Program-made: the position numbers and the translations under genes
Shown here: piece after piece, positions 38,041 to 50,964 of the stretch
How positions within the stretch are numbered: the stretch's first letter is position 1
How the letters are laid out: each line of letters opens with the position of its first letter
NCBI RefSeq assembly: GCF_006345805.1
Contig: NC_043002.1
Span: forward strand, 19,902,001 to 19,966,000
Length of the DNA stretch: 64,000 nt
Source of the DNA: Octopus sinensis
Taxonomy: Eukaryota
Direction of reading: 5' to 3'
Notes under the pieces: generated by a model
The model's database searches: none
What the model saw: the letters and a program-made list of their open reading frames with translations, nothing else
What the model was told of the DNA's origin: nothing

Positions 38041-38369
38041 CAATGACTACCACAAAGCTCCCACCATCTGCGCAATCCACATTGCTCCATCTACTATTAC
38101 TATCATACTCCCTACATCTACACTACCTTGCCATAATCTTTACACACACAGCTTTGTACACAGATGACAGTACATAGACATTCCCTCCCATTCACCCACT
38201 ATTCCTGGACACAACTACACAAAGACCCTATCAATCACCTAGATACCTGGCTCCACAGTGACAAACTTAAAGTAGCACCTTTCACAAATATTCTGTCCCC
38301 ATTTTTACTAGCAACAACAAAGAACATGTAAAAGCAACCTGAACCTTCCGCTCAACAACATAAACATAC

Positions 38370-38403
<34 letters not shown>

Positions 38404-39300
38404 ACACACACACACACACACACACGCAGAGAGAGAGAGAGAGATAGAAAAAAGCTGTTGTAGGCGTAGGAGAGGGTGTGCGGTAAGTAGTTTGCTGGGT
38501 TCTGTCCCACTGCGTGGCACCTTGGGCAAGTGTCTTCTACTATAGCCTTGGGCAGACTAAAGCCTTGTGAGTGGATTTGGTAAACGGAAACTGAAAGAAG
38601 CCTGTCATATGTGTGTGTGTGTATGTGTATATGTTTGTGTGGCTGTGTTTGTCCCTGCTGGTGTGTTTATGTCCCCGTAACTTAGCGGTTCGGCAAAAGA
38701 GAGCGATAGAATAAGTACTAGGCTTACAAAGAATAAGTCCTAAGGTCGATTTGTTTGACTAAAGGCGGTGCTCCAGCATGGCCACAGTCAAATGACTGAA
38801 ACAAGTAAAAGAGTATTCAACACTTTTATAATATTTATGGCTCAGACAGAAGACAACAAAAGAAATTAAACTGTAATGACCTTCAAACATATTTAGATAA
38901 TTACAGGTACCACATTTGGCCAACAGAAAGTAAAACTAACATTAGTATACAAACAATACATTAGAGCCATCATGGATTGTGCCAACCTTGCCTGGGCCCC
39001 TGGTCTCTGCACAACAAATCCCTTAAACTATAAAGAACACCTAACATCCCTCTATACACCATAATAGGTTGTACATAGACTATCTACACAATGAAACAAA
39101 AATGTTAGAAATGAAAGACTACCTGGATGGGAAAGGGGTACGATATTTTGCTATAGCAAACTTCACCCATCACAGTCCTTGCAAGAAAAACACTACCAAA
39201 TACCCAAACACATGTACAGAACTACAATGACAACACTATAAAAAAAAATACCTCTTCCATTCAGCCCAGATAAACATAAATAACATGTACACACAGAAAT
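38040..39300 (+). mobile_element. Degenerate I/Jockey-group LINE RT
   Basis: LYTDDST, HLDTWLHSDKLKVAP, then ITGTTFGQQKVKLTLVYKQYIRAIMDCANLAWAP...LHNETKMLEMKDYLD; split by (CA)n and a SINE B (38460-38815). Confidence 0.7.
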
Positions 39301-39649
39301 AGCTGCAACATTAATAGCCTCAATGGTCCCAAACACTATGTTGGGATGCATAACCACCAACAATAAGTGCAGAAGAACAGTATCTGTTACAGTGACCAAT
39401 TCCACCTTGACTGCTTCTGCTATAGCTACCATTGAAATCTACTGGCAAACAGATGAGGAATTGAGAAATCTGAGCTAATGAAGAGCTGCTATGAGGTCCC
39501 TTGAACTGTTAGATATAGCAACCAAATTTCTAGTGCTGTTATGTGAAGTGTGTGTGTGTGTATGTGGTACACAGACTATACAGGGTAGCCACAGACTACA
39601 CTGTGTATTTGCTATATTTGATGGTATGTTATGTTTAAGGAAAGGGAAG

Positions 39650-39890
39650 GTGGCGAGTTGGAAAAGGTGGCCTGCTGGCAGAAACATTAGCATGCAAGGC
39701 GAAATGCGTAGCCGTATTTCATCTGCCATTACGTTCTGAGTTCAAATTCCGCCAAGGTCGACTTTGTCTTTCATCCTTTCGGGGTCAATTAAATAAGTAC
39801 CAGTTACGCACTGTGGTCAATATAATCAACTTAATCCATTTGTCTGTCCCTTCTGTGCTTAGCCCCTTGTGGGTAGTAAAGAAATAGGTA
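39650..39890 (+). mobile_element. SINE family A
   Basis: A head and core. Confidence 0.8.
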
Positions 39891-40589
39891 TTTATGTTTA
39901 AGGAAAGGGGCAACCAATTTGGCTATCACACAGGGTAGTCAAAACCTAAACAAATTTCCCTCAAATAGTACTTGACAATATAAAAAAAAGGAAGGATACA
40001 TTAGACAGTAGTCATCACTGGAATACTTTGATCATAGGTCTGTTTGATCAGAGCCAAGCTGAGGCCATACAGCTGTAAAAACTATCTTTCTGCTACCACT
40101 ACTTTAACTACTATTATATCCTCACCTTAGGAACTAACATCATGCCATCTCAGTCACTGCCACCATGACCACCACCCATCACTGTGCTAAGATTATGCAG
40201 GCCACTGCTTCAACATATTTATCCTCAATACTGAAGTTACCTCCTCACAACTTCTATGTTTGTTACATTTATCATCTCCCAAACATACACATATTCTGAT
40301 GGAAAGTGAATTATTTGATTTTTGTCTATAATACAGTACAGGTTGGCAATGGGTGGACCACAGTTCACAAGTGGACCACAAAAATGTTACAGTGGGCCTT
40401 GGACCTTTCCTAAAACCTTTTCAAATTAAAGGTATTTGTGGACCATTGAACAGCTAATGATTTTTTAGATAATCCTTTGTGTTATATTTCATTCAATTTT
40501 TGCTAACATTGATGGAAATGATGAGTTGGGATATACAGGGATATTTTTATATGCATGATATGATATAATATGTATATGGGCCTTTTCAG

Positions 40590-41350
40590 GTGGCAAGCTG
40601 GCAGAATCATTAGCATCCTGAGCAAAAATGCTTGGAGTTTTATCCATCTTCATGTTCTGAGTTCAAATTTCACTGGGGTTGACATTACCTTTCATCTTTT
40701 TGGGGTTGATAAAATAAGTCCTAGTTGAGCACTAATCAACCATCCCCCTTTCCCCAAACAACTGGCCTTGTGTCAAAATTTGAGACTAATATAGATAAGT
40801 GCAGGACTGGCTCTGTGGTAAGGAGCTTGCTTCTCAATTACATAATTCTGGGTTCAGTCCCACTGCGCAACACCTGATAGAGGAAAGCTATGAGGAGAGG
40901 AATTCCAGTCATGACAATTCTGTTCTTTTATAGGTGTGGAGGATTTACTTTAGCTAAGTGTATGCTAATTGGTTTCGATTTTTGGAACAAGGCTAGCAAT
41001 TTTGAAGGAGGAGTAAGTTGATTACATTGACTCCAATGTTCAACTGATACTTATTTTATCAACCCTGAAAGGATGATAGCCAAAATTGACCTCAGCAGCA
41101 TTTGAACTCAGAGCATAAAGACAGACAAAATACCTATTTTTTTACTCCCCACAAGGGGCTAAACACAGAAGGGACGAACAAGGACAGACAAACGGATTAA
41201 GTCGATTATATCGACCCCAGTGCGTAACTGGTACTTATTTAATCGACCCCGAAAGTTATGAAAGGCAAAGTCGACCTCAGTGGAATTTGAACTTAGAACA
41301 TAGCAGCAGATGAAATACTGCTAAACATTTTGCCTGGCATGCTAGCAGTT
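40590..41350. mobile_element. Inverted pair of SINE A copies (+ 40590-40790; - 40985-41350)
   Basis: Family A core in both orientations. Confidence 0.75.
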
Positions 41351-41879
41351 CTACTAGTTTACTATTCTCAAATGTACTCTAATTACTGTATTTGATGGCA
41401 TAAAAACACCCCTATTTCAACTGCACATAGTCAAGAAAAAATGGTTTTAGTGCATTAAAGTATGAAAGGGAGGCCTAACTTTGCATATTGGACCTGAGGT
41501 GATTTTTTGAGATATTATATTTTTTTAGTTGGTAGGCCAAATCCAAAAAGGGCCTTATTTATTTATTGAGTTGGTTGCACGCCCCTGGCAGCTTTAGTTT
41601 GATGGTACCACATTGTTCCTGGGTCTATGGGGATGACATTTTCACTTGTTGTCATTTGTACAACCTGTCAGATAATTAAGACAACAGCTTTTTATAAGTA
41701 AAGGTGAGTTTCGAGGCTATAAAAAGTGGAAATATGTGATACACAGGTAACCATTGGAAATATTTGTCTATTAATGCCCTAGATGACACTGAAATGAAGG
41801 AAATATACCCCTTTACCAACATACCCATGGTGAATTTTTCATCCTCCATTGCCCAAAATTGGAAAATCTCACCAATTTG

Positions 41880-42230
41880 TCTGAAAAAACGCCCATTTTT
41901 TAATGTTTTTTCAATGCACTAGTGCAGTCAGATCCTGTGAATGTGTGCATTCCTGGCAGTGCTTCACATACATCTTTTCCTAGTTTCAGGCCAATAGTTG
42001 TGGCACCAAGGTACCTTTGTCTCTGTGTGGTGCCAGTGCAGAATAGTAGTCTTGCATTGATTTGATGGCTATAAGCACAGGCCAACACATTTGGCAAAAG
42101 AACTTCTTATATGTCATCAAATGTGCTACCTTATTTAAGATAGTAGAGAGTGATTTGCGGATGGTTTGGCTGTTATTTTTTTTTGTAGATTGAGTAACCA
42201 TGTAGGAGCTGTCTCTTGTGTGGTATAAGT
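41880..42230 (-). mobile_element. XPG/PIN-like nuclease fragment of an Academ-type DNA transposon
   Basis: Minus strand ...RLLFCTGTTQRQRYLGATTIGLKLGKDVCEALPGMHTFTGSDCTSA matches the recalled ALPG.H.FTGCD.TSAF motif; frameshifted upstream. Confidence 0.6.
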
Positions 42231-42239
42231 GACAACAAA

Positions 42240-42634
42240 ATTGAGTTACTGAGTTTGTGTAGCAGAGGAGGTGGTGGCAGCAAAGGTGATGGCGATGGTA
42301 GCAGTGGCAGCAGCAATATTAGGGCAATGGTGTTGGTGTGAAAGGGGAGGAGGAGATGGAGAAACGGGGGGGAAGGAAAGGAAATGGGGAGGGAGAGGTG
42401 AAAAGAGAAGAGGAGAGGAGGAGAATAAAAAGAAAGGGAAAAGGTGAATGGGAAAGAGGGAGGAGAAGGAGGAGGAGTAAGAACAAGGTGAAAAGAAAGA
42501 GAGAAACAGATACATACATACATATATATATACATATATAGAAACAGATACATACATATATATAAATACATATACATATATATATACATACATATACATA
42601 TATATACACACACATGTATATATATATATACATA

Positions 42635-42681
<47 letters not shown>

Positions 42682-43405
42682 ATATAGATAGATAGATAGT
42701 GAGAGAGGGAGAGGAAGAAAATGAAAGAGAGAGAATTAGTCAACCAGAACATTTTAGTTTTGAGCAATTAAATTATTTTTTGTTTGTTTGTTTGTTCCTA
42801 ATGTAGTTAGAGGAGAGGGGGGGTATTTTATTTTCATCGGAAAAAATGTCTTTTTCATAAACTTTCTTTCACCTTCCTTTCTCTCTAACATCCATCGGTA
42901 TTATGAATAATTGAAACAGATAATTGAAATAGATTAAATCATTGTCATACTCCCCTCCTCCTCTTCCTTATTATCTTTATATTCGTTAATGTCATCATGA
43001 ACATAAATCATCATCATCATCATCATCAACAGCATCATTATCTGTGTTGTCACTATCCATTGAGTAATAATTGTGATGATGATGATGATGATGATAATTA
43101 TGATGATGAGCAATACTACTACTGCTGCTACTACTACTACTACTACTACTGCCAACAACAACAACTACCACCATCTCCACCACCATCACAACTATCACCA
43201 CTACCATCACTGCCATCACCACCATCGTCACCCTCTACTACCACTATTATCTCCACCATTACACTCATCACAACCATCATCATCATCCACCACCACAACT
43301 ACCTCAACCACCACCACCACTACCTCTACTGCTTTTACCATTGTCACTCATCCCCACCATTACCACTCACCACCACTACCACTGTTGCCACCACCATCAC
43401 CACCC
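42240..43405. repeat. Low-complexity block: purine-rich tract, (TA)n, (CAT)n, (ACT)n, (ACC)n
   Basis: Directly visible. Confidence 0.9.
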
Positions 43406-43590
43406 AATAATAACATTGAAAAATACCTTAGGATTGAGAACCCAGGTTCGAAATTTCCCCAAGACACCTGATGAAGGTTGGAGAGTATATCAGCCGAAAT
43501 ATTGTGTTAACAACAAACAAGATGAGGACAAATATCCATCAAATGTAAATAATGTACATAATTCCTCATCTCTTAAATATAGAACTGAAG
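43405..43590 (+). mobile_element. Penelope-like element terminal fragment
   Basis: acacctgatgaagg...cagccgaaa motif followed by an AT-rich tail, typical of PLE terminal repeats. Confidence 0.7.
43463..43508 (+). ncRNA. Minimal type I hammerhead ribozyme-like motif
   Basis: GACAC-CUGAUGA-A-GGUUG(gagaguauau)CAGCC-GAAA-UAUU-GUGUU: stem I GACAC/GUGUU, stem II GGUUG/CAGCC, palindromic mini stem III. Confidence 0.6.
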
Positions 43591-45013
43591 TTAGTGTTAG
43601 TTAATACTGTTGATCTCAGTTTTTGGTTGGTAACTATTTCATTGACCCTGAAAGCCTTCAGTGATTGTAAATGCAGTGGGAAAGTACAAATTTGGACAGT
43701 GGATGATGGTGGGGCAATCAAACCAATATTGGCGTATTGTTGATGCTTTATTGTTCCCAAAAGCATAAAAGGCAAAGTTAATCACAGACAGAATTTGAAC
43801 TCAGAATGTAATGGGATATAGCTAAATGCCTTAATGCATAAAGCCTGATGTTCAGCCAATCCTGCTGGTCCACCTGAACCAACCCCTGTTTGCTACTAGT
43901 AATTAATAATTTTGTAGCAGATAGCTATCATGGATTTGAACACACATGCTTGCACACATACACACACACACCTCCATTAGTGGTTCTCTGTCAGCTCTGA
44001 TGATGAATATTAAATTGTTTAATGAACTGAATTACCTGCTCATTGAATTAGTGGCTTTGTGATTGAATATTCCACATGCAGAGGAACCTTTAATGAAATT
44101 CTCAAGCAGAATCAGTGTGACACAGCGTGATAAAGTTGTTATTTTAAATTACAAGTGGAATTCATCTGACAAGCTTCTGCACCCAATTTCACTCGCAAGA
44201 TATGGTTCAACCCAAAGCTAAAGAAAATGTCGGGGAAAAAAAATTTACCCAGATGTCACCCAATGGGATTGAACCCAAGACCTCATGGCTACGAAGCGAA
44301 GTTCTCATTCATTTGCACAGATGTGAATGCATATGCACCCCCCATACACACATGCATATTTATGTACTTATGTGTGTATATTATCATTTTCCAGTTTTAT
44401 TTCAAGATTTCTTGTCAATAGAGAAACAGCCGGTTTCTAACCTAGATCCAAAGCTCATTCATTGGAATTTCAACATCAACAGGGTATTTGTGCATGTATG
44501 TGTGCAGTATTTGTAATCTGTGCATGTTCATACTAGTTGGTTTTTCTTCTATGTATGTATTCTCATGCATATAGTTGCATGTCTAGACATGCACATATAT
44601 ACTTAAATGGTAGACTTCTGGAAAGTTCCACAAATTTTTACAGTTCCAGTGATGGCTTGGATCTGTAATCTTTGTATCAGCTTTTCCTATTCTGGTTTTG
44701 AGAAACCCAATTTCTCAAGATTGATATTTTCTCCCCTCCATACACACGCAAGCATGTGTCTGACTCATATACTGTTCACTTTCCAGACATTTGTACATTA
44801 CTGCATATGCTTTATACGCACTTTTCACAAGTTGTAGTGCACCTGAGCACTGTATACAATAATTTCATTATGTATGTATGTATGTATGTATGTATGCATG
44901 TATACTTGCGAGTGTATAATAATAATGAACTTAATGTATACAGAGCTCAGGTGTACTTTATAAGTTATAATTGAGCCTTAGGTCTTATGAAAAACTGTCT
45001 CTGTTATTTGTAG

Positions 45014-45096
45014 GTCTCTTGAAGATTATATATTCCAATCCTTGATGACGAAAATGTTGCTTATATATAAATTATACGTGCACATATCTATATGAA
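45014..45096 (+). CDS. Candidate terminal exon of host gene 1 (SLEDYIFQSLMTKMLLIYKLYVHISI*), unconfirmed
   Basis: tctctgttatttgtag acceptor, open frame to TGA, ATTAAA ~15 bp downstream, lies at the CpG-poor to CpG-rich transition. Confidence 0.25.
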
Positions 45097-45149
45097 GACG
45101 TTTTTTTTAATTAAAATCACAATTTAAAGTAAATCGCACTTTTGTGTCA

Positions 45150-45535
45150 GTAATGGTGTTCCATAGTTACATGTATGCTGTCTTGTCAGAGGACTCGGAT
45201 TAACGCAGATTGCTCCGATTTTAGTCTTCGTGCGACGCTTAAGACCGCATCACACACATATGGGTGTTTGCATAGCAAGCGAAAAGGATTTTTTTTTCTT
45301 ATATATCCTGACAGATAAAAATTTTTTCCAATAATCAAGTTCCGACGTTAATATTAGAGTTTTATAACTTTAGGGAAAGCGTTTGAAAATTGCAATTTGC
45401 TTTCGTGAAAAATTTACATCAAAGAGATTGTTTTCTTTTAACCTTCTGCTAGTGATCAGTTTCACGCGTAGTAATATAGAAGTCTGTAAATAGTTCGCAG
45501 TGTGATTTTTCCCGCATTTCTTCAAATATGTTTAG
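45150..45535 (+). promoter_or_regulatory. CpG-retaining putative promoter / 5' region of host gene 2
   Basis: Abrupt return of CpG dinucleotides in unique sequence upstream of a candidate ATG exon. Confidence 0.35.
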
Positions 45536-45541
45536 GTTGAC

Positions 45542-45594
45542 ATGTCTTCGTTAATTACGGAAATATTCATTGGCAGAGGCTTCTTAACAAACAG
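45542..45594 (+). CDS. Candidate first coding exon of host gene 2 (MSSLITEIFIGRGFLTN+AG, phase 2)
   Basis: Acceptor tttag at 45535, ATG at 45542, donor aacag|gttagt; phase matches the 52254 exon. Confidence 0.4.
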
Positions 45595-46506
45595 GTTAGT
45601 CTCTAATGTTTATACTGTAATTAAATTTAAAACTTTTATAGAAAATACTTTAGAAGAATGTAAACTCTTTGTTTATTTTACTGTGTTTTAACACTTTTAT
45701 CGTGTCGTGTTGATGTTTCGTCCCAGGTCAGCCCTGTACCAACTTTTCCACTGTGTCCGTTTCTTCTTAATTCTTAATTACATATATAATTTATTTAGAA
45801 TTACACTGGTCCACATGCCCTTCCTTCATTTAAATAACCAACAACAAACACTGATGGAAAAAAAAAACAAATATCGAGGGAAATTTAGTTGCTGTTTCGT
45901 ACGCTTGGAACGAATAAAATTGATATTGTAATGATTCCTCCTCTTGTTACGTGTAAATGTATATAATATGCGTTATTGTTTAACTTCAAGTTAGCCGTTA
46001 TCATCTCATTCCACTCAAAATACAGTGAAACTATACAAATAATCTAAAATGTGTTATTACTTTTTTTAAAGACTGACGGGTTTTATCAGGTGATTTGGCT
46101 GCTATTTCTAGCATTTCAAATGTGCTTTGATTTTTCGTCAGACAAATTTGACAAACGTATCACACTTTGTGTAGTTATTTAGTTGACCTGGTCAAGTTGC
46201 GTTGTCTGGTTTGAGGCGAACGCAATGATTTTTTATTTAGAATATGACCTATTGAGGTGAGCAAACATTATTCAGCCATGCTAAACAAAACCCAATAAAA
46301 GTGAAGGTAACAACATACATTCCTTAAAGTAAAATATAACAAAATTACGTTTGAGGTTGATTGACTCGCCAAAGTATCAATTAATTAATATTGGAAATAG
46401 GTAATGTAGCGAGTGGAAAGAAAGTTTGATATTTAGCAGACATAATAACAACACTGGACTTAGAAGACTTCCTCAAGAAAGCATAGATATTCACATGTTT
46501 CTAGAT

Positions 46507-47005
46507 CAGGGGTCGCCAAACTTTTTCGACCATCGACCCTTTTAGCCACTTCACCTTCCGCATCTAGCCCCTTTAATCACTCCTCCTTCCGCATGGACCA
46601 CCCTCGTTTAAAATATTTAAATACGCTACCGAACCATAACTTAAATGCGTACTGGGTACTGATGCTGGCAATTAAAATGTTAGCTAAAATATACATGTAC
46701 GACAACTTAAATTCTATTGAAGATGACATAATTTTTACGTTTAAAATTTCTTGTACGAGTATACTGTATTAAACTTTTAACTTTTATGAAATTGTTTTCA
46801 CGGTTAGAAAATGTGAAAAACATCATATTGTCGGAATATCTTTTATTGAAATTGACAACATCAATGTGAGGGGTGAGCATGGCGCTAAGTATTTCAAGCA
46901 GTTCATCTGGGTGAGTTGATCTTTCGCACCCTTGGCTATCATCGACCACCTGTAATTCCTCACCGACCCGTAGGGGGTCCTTCGGGCGCCCTTTGTCGAC
47001 CCCTG
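46507..47005. mobile_element. hAT (Charlie-like) MITE
   Basis: ttctagat|caggggtcgccaaa ... ctttgtcgacccctg|ctctagat; NTCTAGAN target. Confidence 0.9.
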
Positions 47006-48184
47006 CTCTAGATCAATGGAGATAGAGAAATAATTATTTCTATACTAAAATATACATACACTGGCGAAGCAAAACAATTTAAAACTTGAGGGAAATAACT
47101 TAATGTCATCCACTTGAAAGATAAATTATTAAAGTATACATGCGACTAAAGGCGGTGCTCCAGCTTGGCCGCAGTTAAATGACTGAAACAAGTAAAAGAG
47201 TAAAGAGTATGCTATAATCTAGTCCAGTCTGGAGTTGCAGTGGTCGATTTTTATGCATCTTCTATATATAATTGTTATTCTTCAGCCCAGATCAATCTTG
47301 ATCGAATAGACCTGTGATTAAAATCATTCCAGCAATGACCATCTCTCCTTTTTTGCATATCTAGGATTACATTCCTTCACATTCTTTCCTTTTTAAAAAA
47401 AACTTTCTGGATGTGATTTGAGGGAAATTCGACTGTTATTTCTAGCAGTCCATATGTGATTGAAGGGTTTGGTAGTGAGTACACTAGAACTTTGGCTGTA
47501 ATACAACAGCGTTGATTCTCCAACATGTAATGAACAGTAAGTATATGAGGATGTAATAGAGGTTGTTAAGTGTGTTGTTGTTTGTCCCAAATAAACCTTG
47601 ATCGAGCAAACCTATTTTCAAAATAACTCCATCTGTAACAATCCATCGTGTTTTCAGGCGAAATATACCTAGGTACATCACAGTGTGTCCTTCTTTTAAA
47701 TAGAGTAAGCTGGAGATTTGGCTGCTGTTTCCAACTGCTTGAGTTCATCATTAGTGGTGCTAGGTTACTTAAAAGCTGGATCAAATTGTGACCCTGAAAT
47801 TTGCTCCTTATGTCTCCTGTCATTTAATTTATGATTTTATTTCATAACCTCTGTGTGTATCGGGGAGGTGAGTATACAGTCTGTAATTATACATTTTGAA
47901 TGGTGTTACTACTGTTTAACCCCAAACCATATGGTCAAAAGTGGTATCAAAGACTACATTATTCTAGATAGAATCCTAATCACATGTATGATAGGGCAGG
48001 AAAGTTTGAAACATACCACAATCACTCATACACTCTCCTATGTGAACCAGCCAAGTCGGCTGTAATTTGAGATAGACTTGGTTACTATTTCTAGCAAGAT
48101 CCTTATGAATGGTTAGTATTTATGATGGCTTTGAGGTGAAGTGTCAAAGGTGCAAATGAAGCTGGCATACTTCTTGATAATTGT

Positions 48185-48610
48185 CATCATCATTTAACGT
48201 CCATTTTCCCTGCTGGCATAGACTGGATGGTTCAACAGGAGTCAGTGGGCCATAGGACTGTGCAAAGCCCCAGTGTCTGACATGGTTTCTATGGGTGGAT
48301 GCCCTCCCTAATGCTAACCACCTTACAGAGTGTACTAAGTGCTTTTTATGTGGCACCGGCACAAGACAAGACCATTAACACTGAGGGGTATAGCACTGAG
48401 GGAGGTTTATTTATATATATATATATATATATATCATTATACGTCTCCTCCCATGCCAGCACGGGTGGGGCATCATCACCATCATCATCGTTTAATGTCT
48501 GCTTTCCATGCTAGCATGGGTTGGACGGTTCAACTGGGGTCTGGGAAGCCCGAAGGCTGCACCAGGCCAGTCAGATCTGGCAGTGTTTCTACAGCTTGAT
48601 GCCCTTCCTA
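48185..48610 (-). mobile_element. Two RTE-tail fragments
   Basis: (CAT)n + tttaaYgtc...ccatgctagcatggg motifs. Confidence 0.75.
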
Positions 48611-48939
48611 TTTAAAATAAGGGTGAAAAATTGAATGTTAATTTGATTAATATCTTGAGAACATTCCTTTCTTAGTGGTAAGACCATAGGGGGTCGACTT
48701 CTAGCATAATGGATGTCCACTTAATGGTCATCCCTCTTATATGTATGTAATATATATACAATGAAGTCACTTTGAATGGATCCAGAAGTCATAGAAACTC
48801 TTGCTTCAGATTGAGCTGTATGGTGAAAAAATGTGTGGAGTGGAGTGAAAGTGTTTGAAGAGGCCAGGATAAAAAGGTGGAGTTACATCACACAAATGAC
48901 TGAAACAAGTAAAAGAGTGATTAGTGCAGTGGAAAGGGC

Positions 48940-49100
48940 AGGTGAGTGGAGCAAGGGTGATGAGTGGGTTGGGGTGCTCCAAGAAGAAGAGCCCATTATA
49001 GTAGCAATAGAAAAGATGGAAAGGAGAGACTGCATGCCTGTGGGCCAGAAGCTGGACCATGTCTGTCAATGATGGAATGCCTATCAGCTAAGCGGCCCTT
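48940..49100 (-). mobile_element. CR1-like LINE ORF2 C-terminal remnant
   Basis: VQLLAHRHAVSPFHLFYCYYNG, a degenerate L.HRR.V..L..FYRYYNG motif; same family as 62190-62560. Confidence 0.6.
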
Positions 49101-49371
49101 TCTGGATGCAGTGGCACAAAGCGTGTGTTCAGCTGTTAACTGAAAAGTTGATGATTGAAGTCCACCCAGAAATTCATCTTTGTCACTTTAAATGGAAGCA
49201 TAGCTGTGTGGTTAAGAAATGTGCTTCTCAACCACATAATTTTGAAGTTACAGTAGATGACTTTTGCTCAAGGTGCCACTGTATAGCACCTTGAGAAAAT
49301 CCCCAGGCTGACTAAATCTTTGTGAGTGAAGTTGGTCAGAAACTGAAAGAAGCCCATCATGTAGATATATA

Positions 49372-49591
49372 CAGTAATCCCTCAACTATCGCAGGTGATA
49401 CGTTCCCAAACCCCACTTGATAGGTGAAAATTTGCAAAGTAGAAACAGTACTGTACTTTATATTTTTTTCTATTATTTTTATAATTTGTATATATTTATT
49501 TTATAAATGTAAAACAAAACCACAGAGGAATTGACGTAAGCTTAAATAATAAACCATGATAGGTGAGTGGCCATATGGCGAGGGATTACTG
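49372..49591. mobile_element. Tigger/pogo-type MITE
   Basis: ta|cagtaatccctc ... gagggattactg. Confidence 0.75.
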
Positions 49592-50964
49592 AATATGTGT
49601 GTGTGTGTGTGTGTGTGTATGTCTCCTTGTCTTGACATTGCATGTTGTATGACAGTTGTAAATGGGTGTCACTGTCATACAGGCAGTGTCATTTGTTTCC
49701 ACTCTTCCTTGAAAACATATCAGGTGTGGAGGAAATACTATCTTCCCTGGAAACAGGTGGGAGTTGGCAACAGAAAATCTGCTTCATTGAATTTCGTCAG
49801 ACTCATGCAACCATAGAAAAGTAGATGCTAGAACGATGATGATTTACCTCTGCTTTTTACCTCAAAGTAGTAGCACTTTTTCAACTATATCATGCTTTTA
49901 TGTTCATCATCCACATCAATTGACTATAACTTGCCTTTTCATCAAGCACAATGACATGTCTAGTTTATATCTGATTCCATTACGAGTGGCTGAAGCTTAT
50001 CAGCAGTCACCATAGGCCTCCATCAAAATCTTGATTATGATTTTAGGAGGATACACACAATGTATCCTCCCATGTGTCTGTTCCTGGATGATTTGAATGA
50101 CAGGCAACTCTAGGTTTAATTTCATGCATTGAAGGTGATTGCTTCAGTTGTTGTAAAGAATCTCTTTAGTTAAATGAAGAGGTTAGATGTCCAGATATTC
50201 TTCATATCATTGCATGCTTTCAAGGCAAAGTTTTCTGTGCACCTCAGTGTCCCTTTCTGCATTTACCCTGAATGTTCCAAAACGCTTGACATCAGAAACT
50301 TGCTAACTGATTTGTCCTGAAGAGCAAATCTCTCTAGGCATGCCTATGTGGTGAAGTTTGCTTCACAATTAAGTTGTTTTGGGTTCAGTTTCATAGTGTG
50401 GCACCTTGGGCAAGTGTCTTTTATAGCCCTGAGCCAACAAATGCCTTTGTGAGTGAATTTTGGTAGAGAGATTGAACAGAACCAGTCCATATATGTTTGT
50501 CTCCATGCTTGTGTCATTGTCTCCTTCTGCTTAACAGCTGCTGGCACTTTGGCCATTGATAATGGAATGAGATATGTGATGCACCTGTCATCATGCTCAG
50601 TCAGTGAAAGTGCATGTTGTATGTTCCCTTAACAGTCCAGTAAAATAGAAACTGATAAAATAAATACCAGACATAAAATAAGTCCTAGGGTGCAGTTTGA
50701 TAAACTAAAGCATTCAAGGCATTGCCCAGCATAGTCACAGTCCAAAAGACTGAAATAAAAGAATACCACTTTGTAACCAGTTACTTCTCAACTCTGCTCA
50801 TATTCAGCATTTTCTGTAAGTTAATGTTGTCCAAACTTTGGGGCCATACTATCAACCTCACATTGTTTGTTCAGTCATGACCCATATTTCAGTGCATTAA
50901 CATCACACAGACTACTGATCATACAGCATACATTTCTTAGTATGTATTATTAAAAAAAGAAGAT

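Noticed and set aside
36454-38046. Numerous 60-130 aa ORFs rich in HT, CV, YI, poly-T/H/P
   Set aside because: They are translations of microsatellites; the same applies to ORFs at 16.1-16.4, 22.3-23.3 and 42.2-43.5 kb
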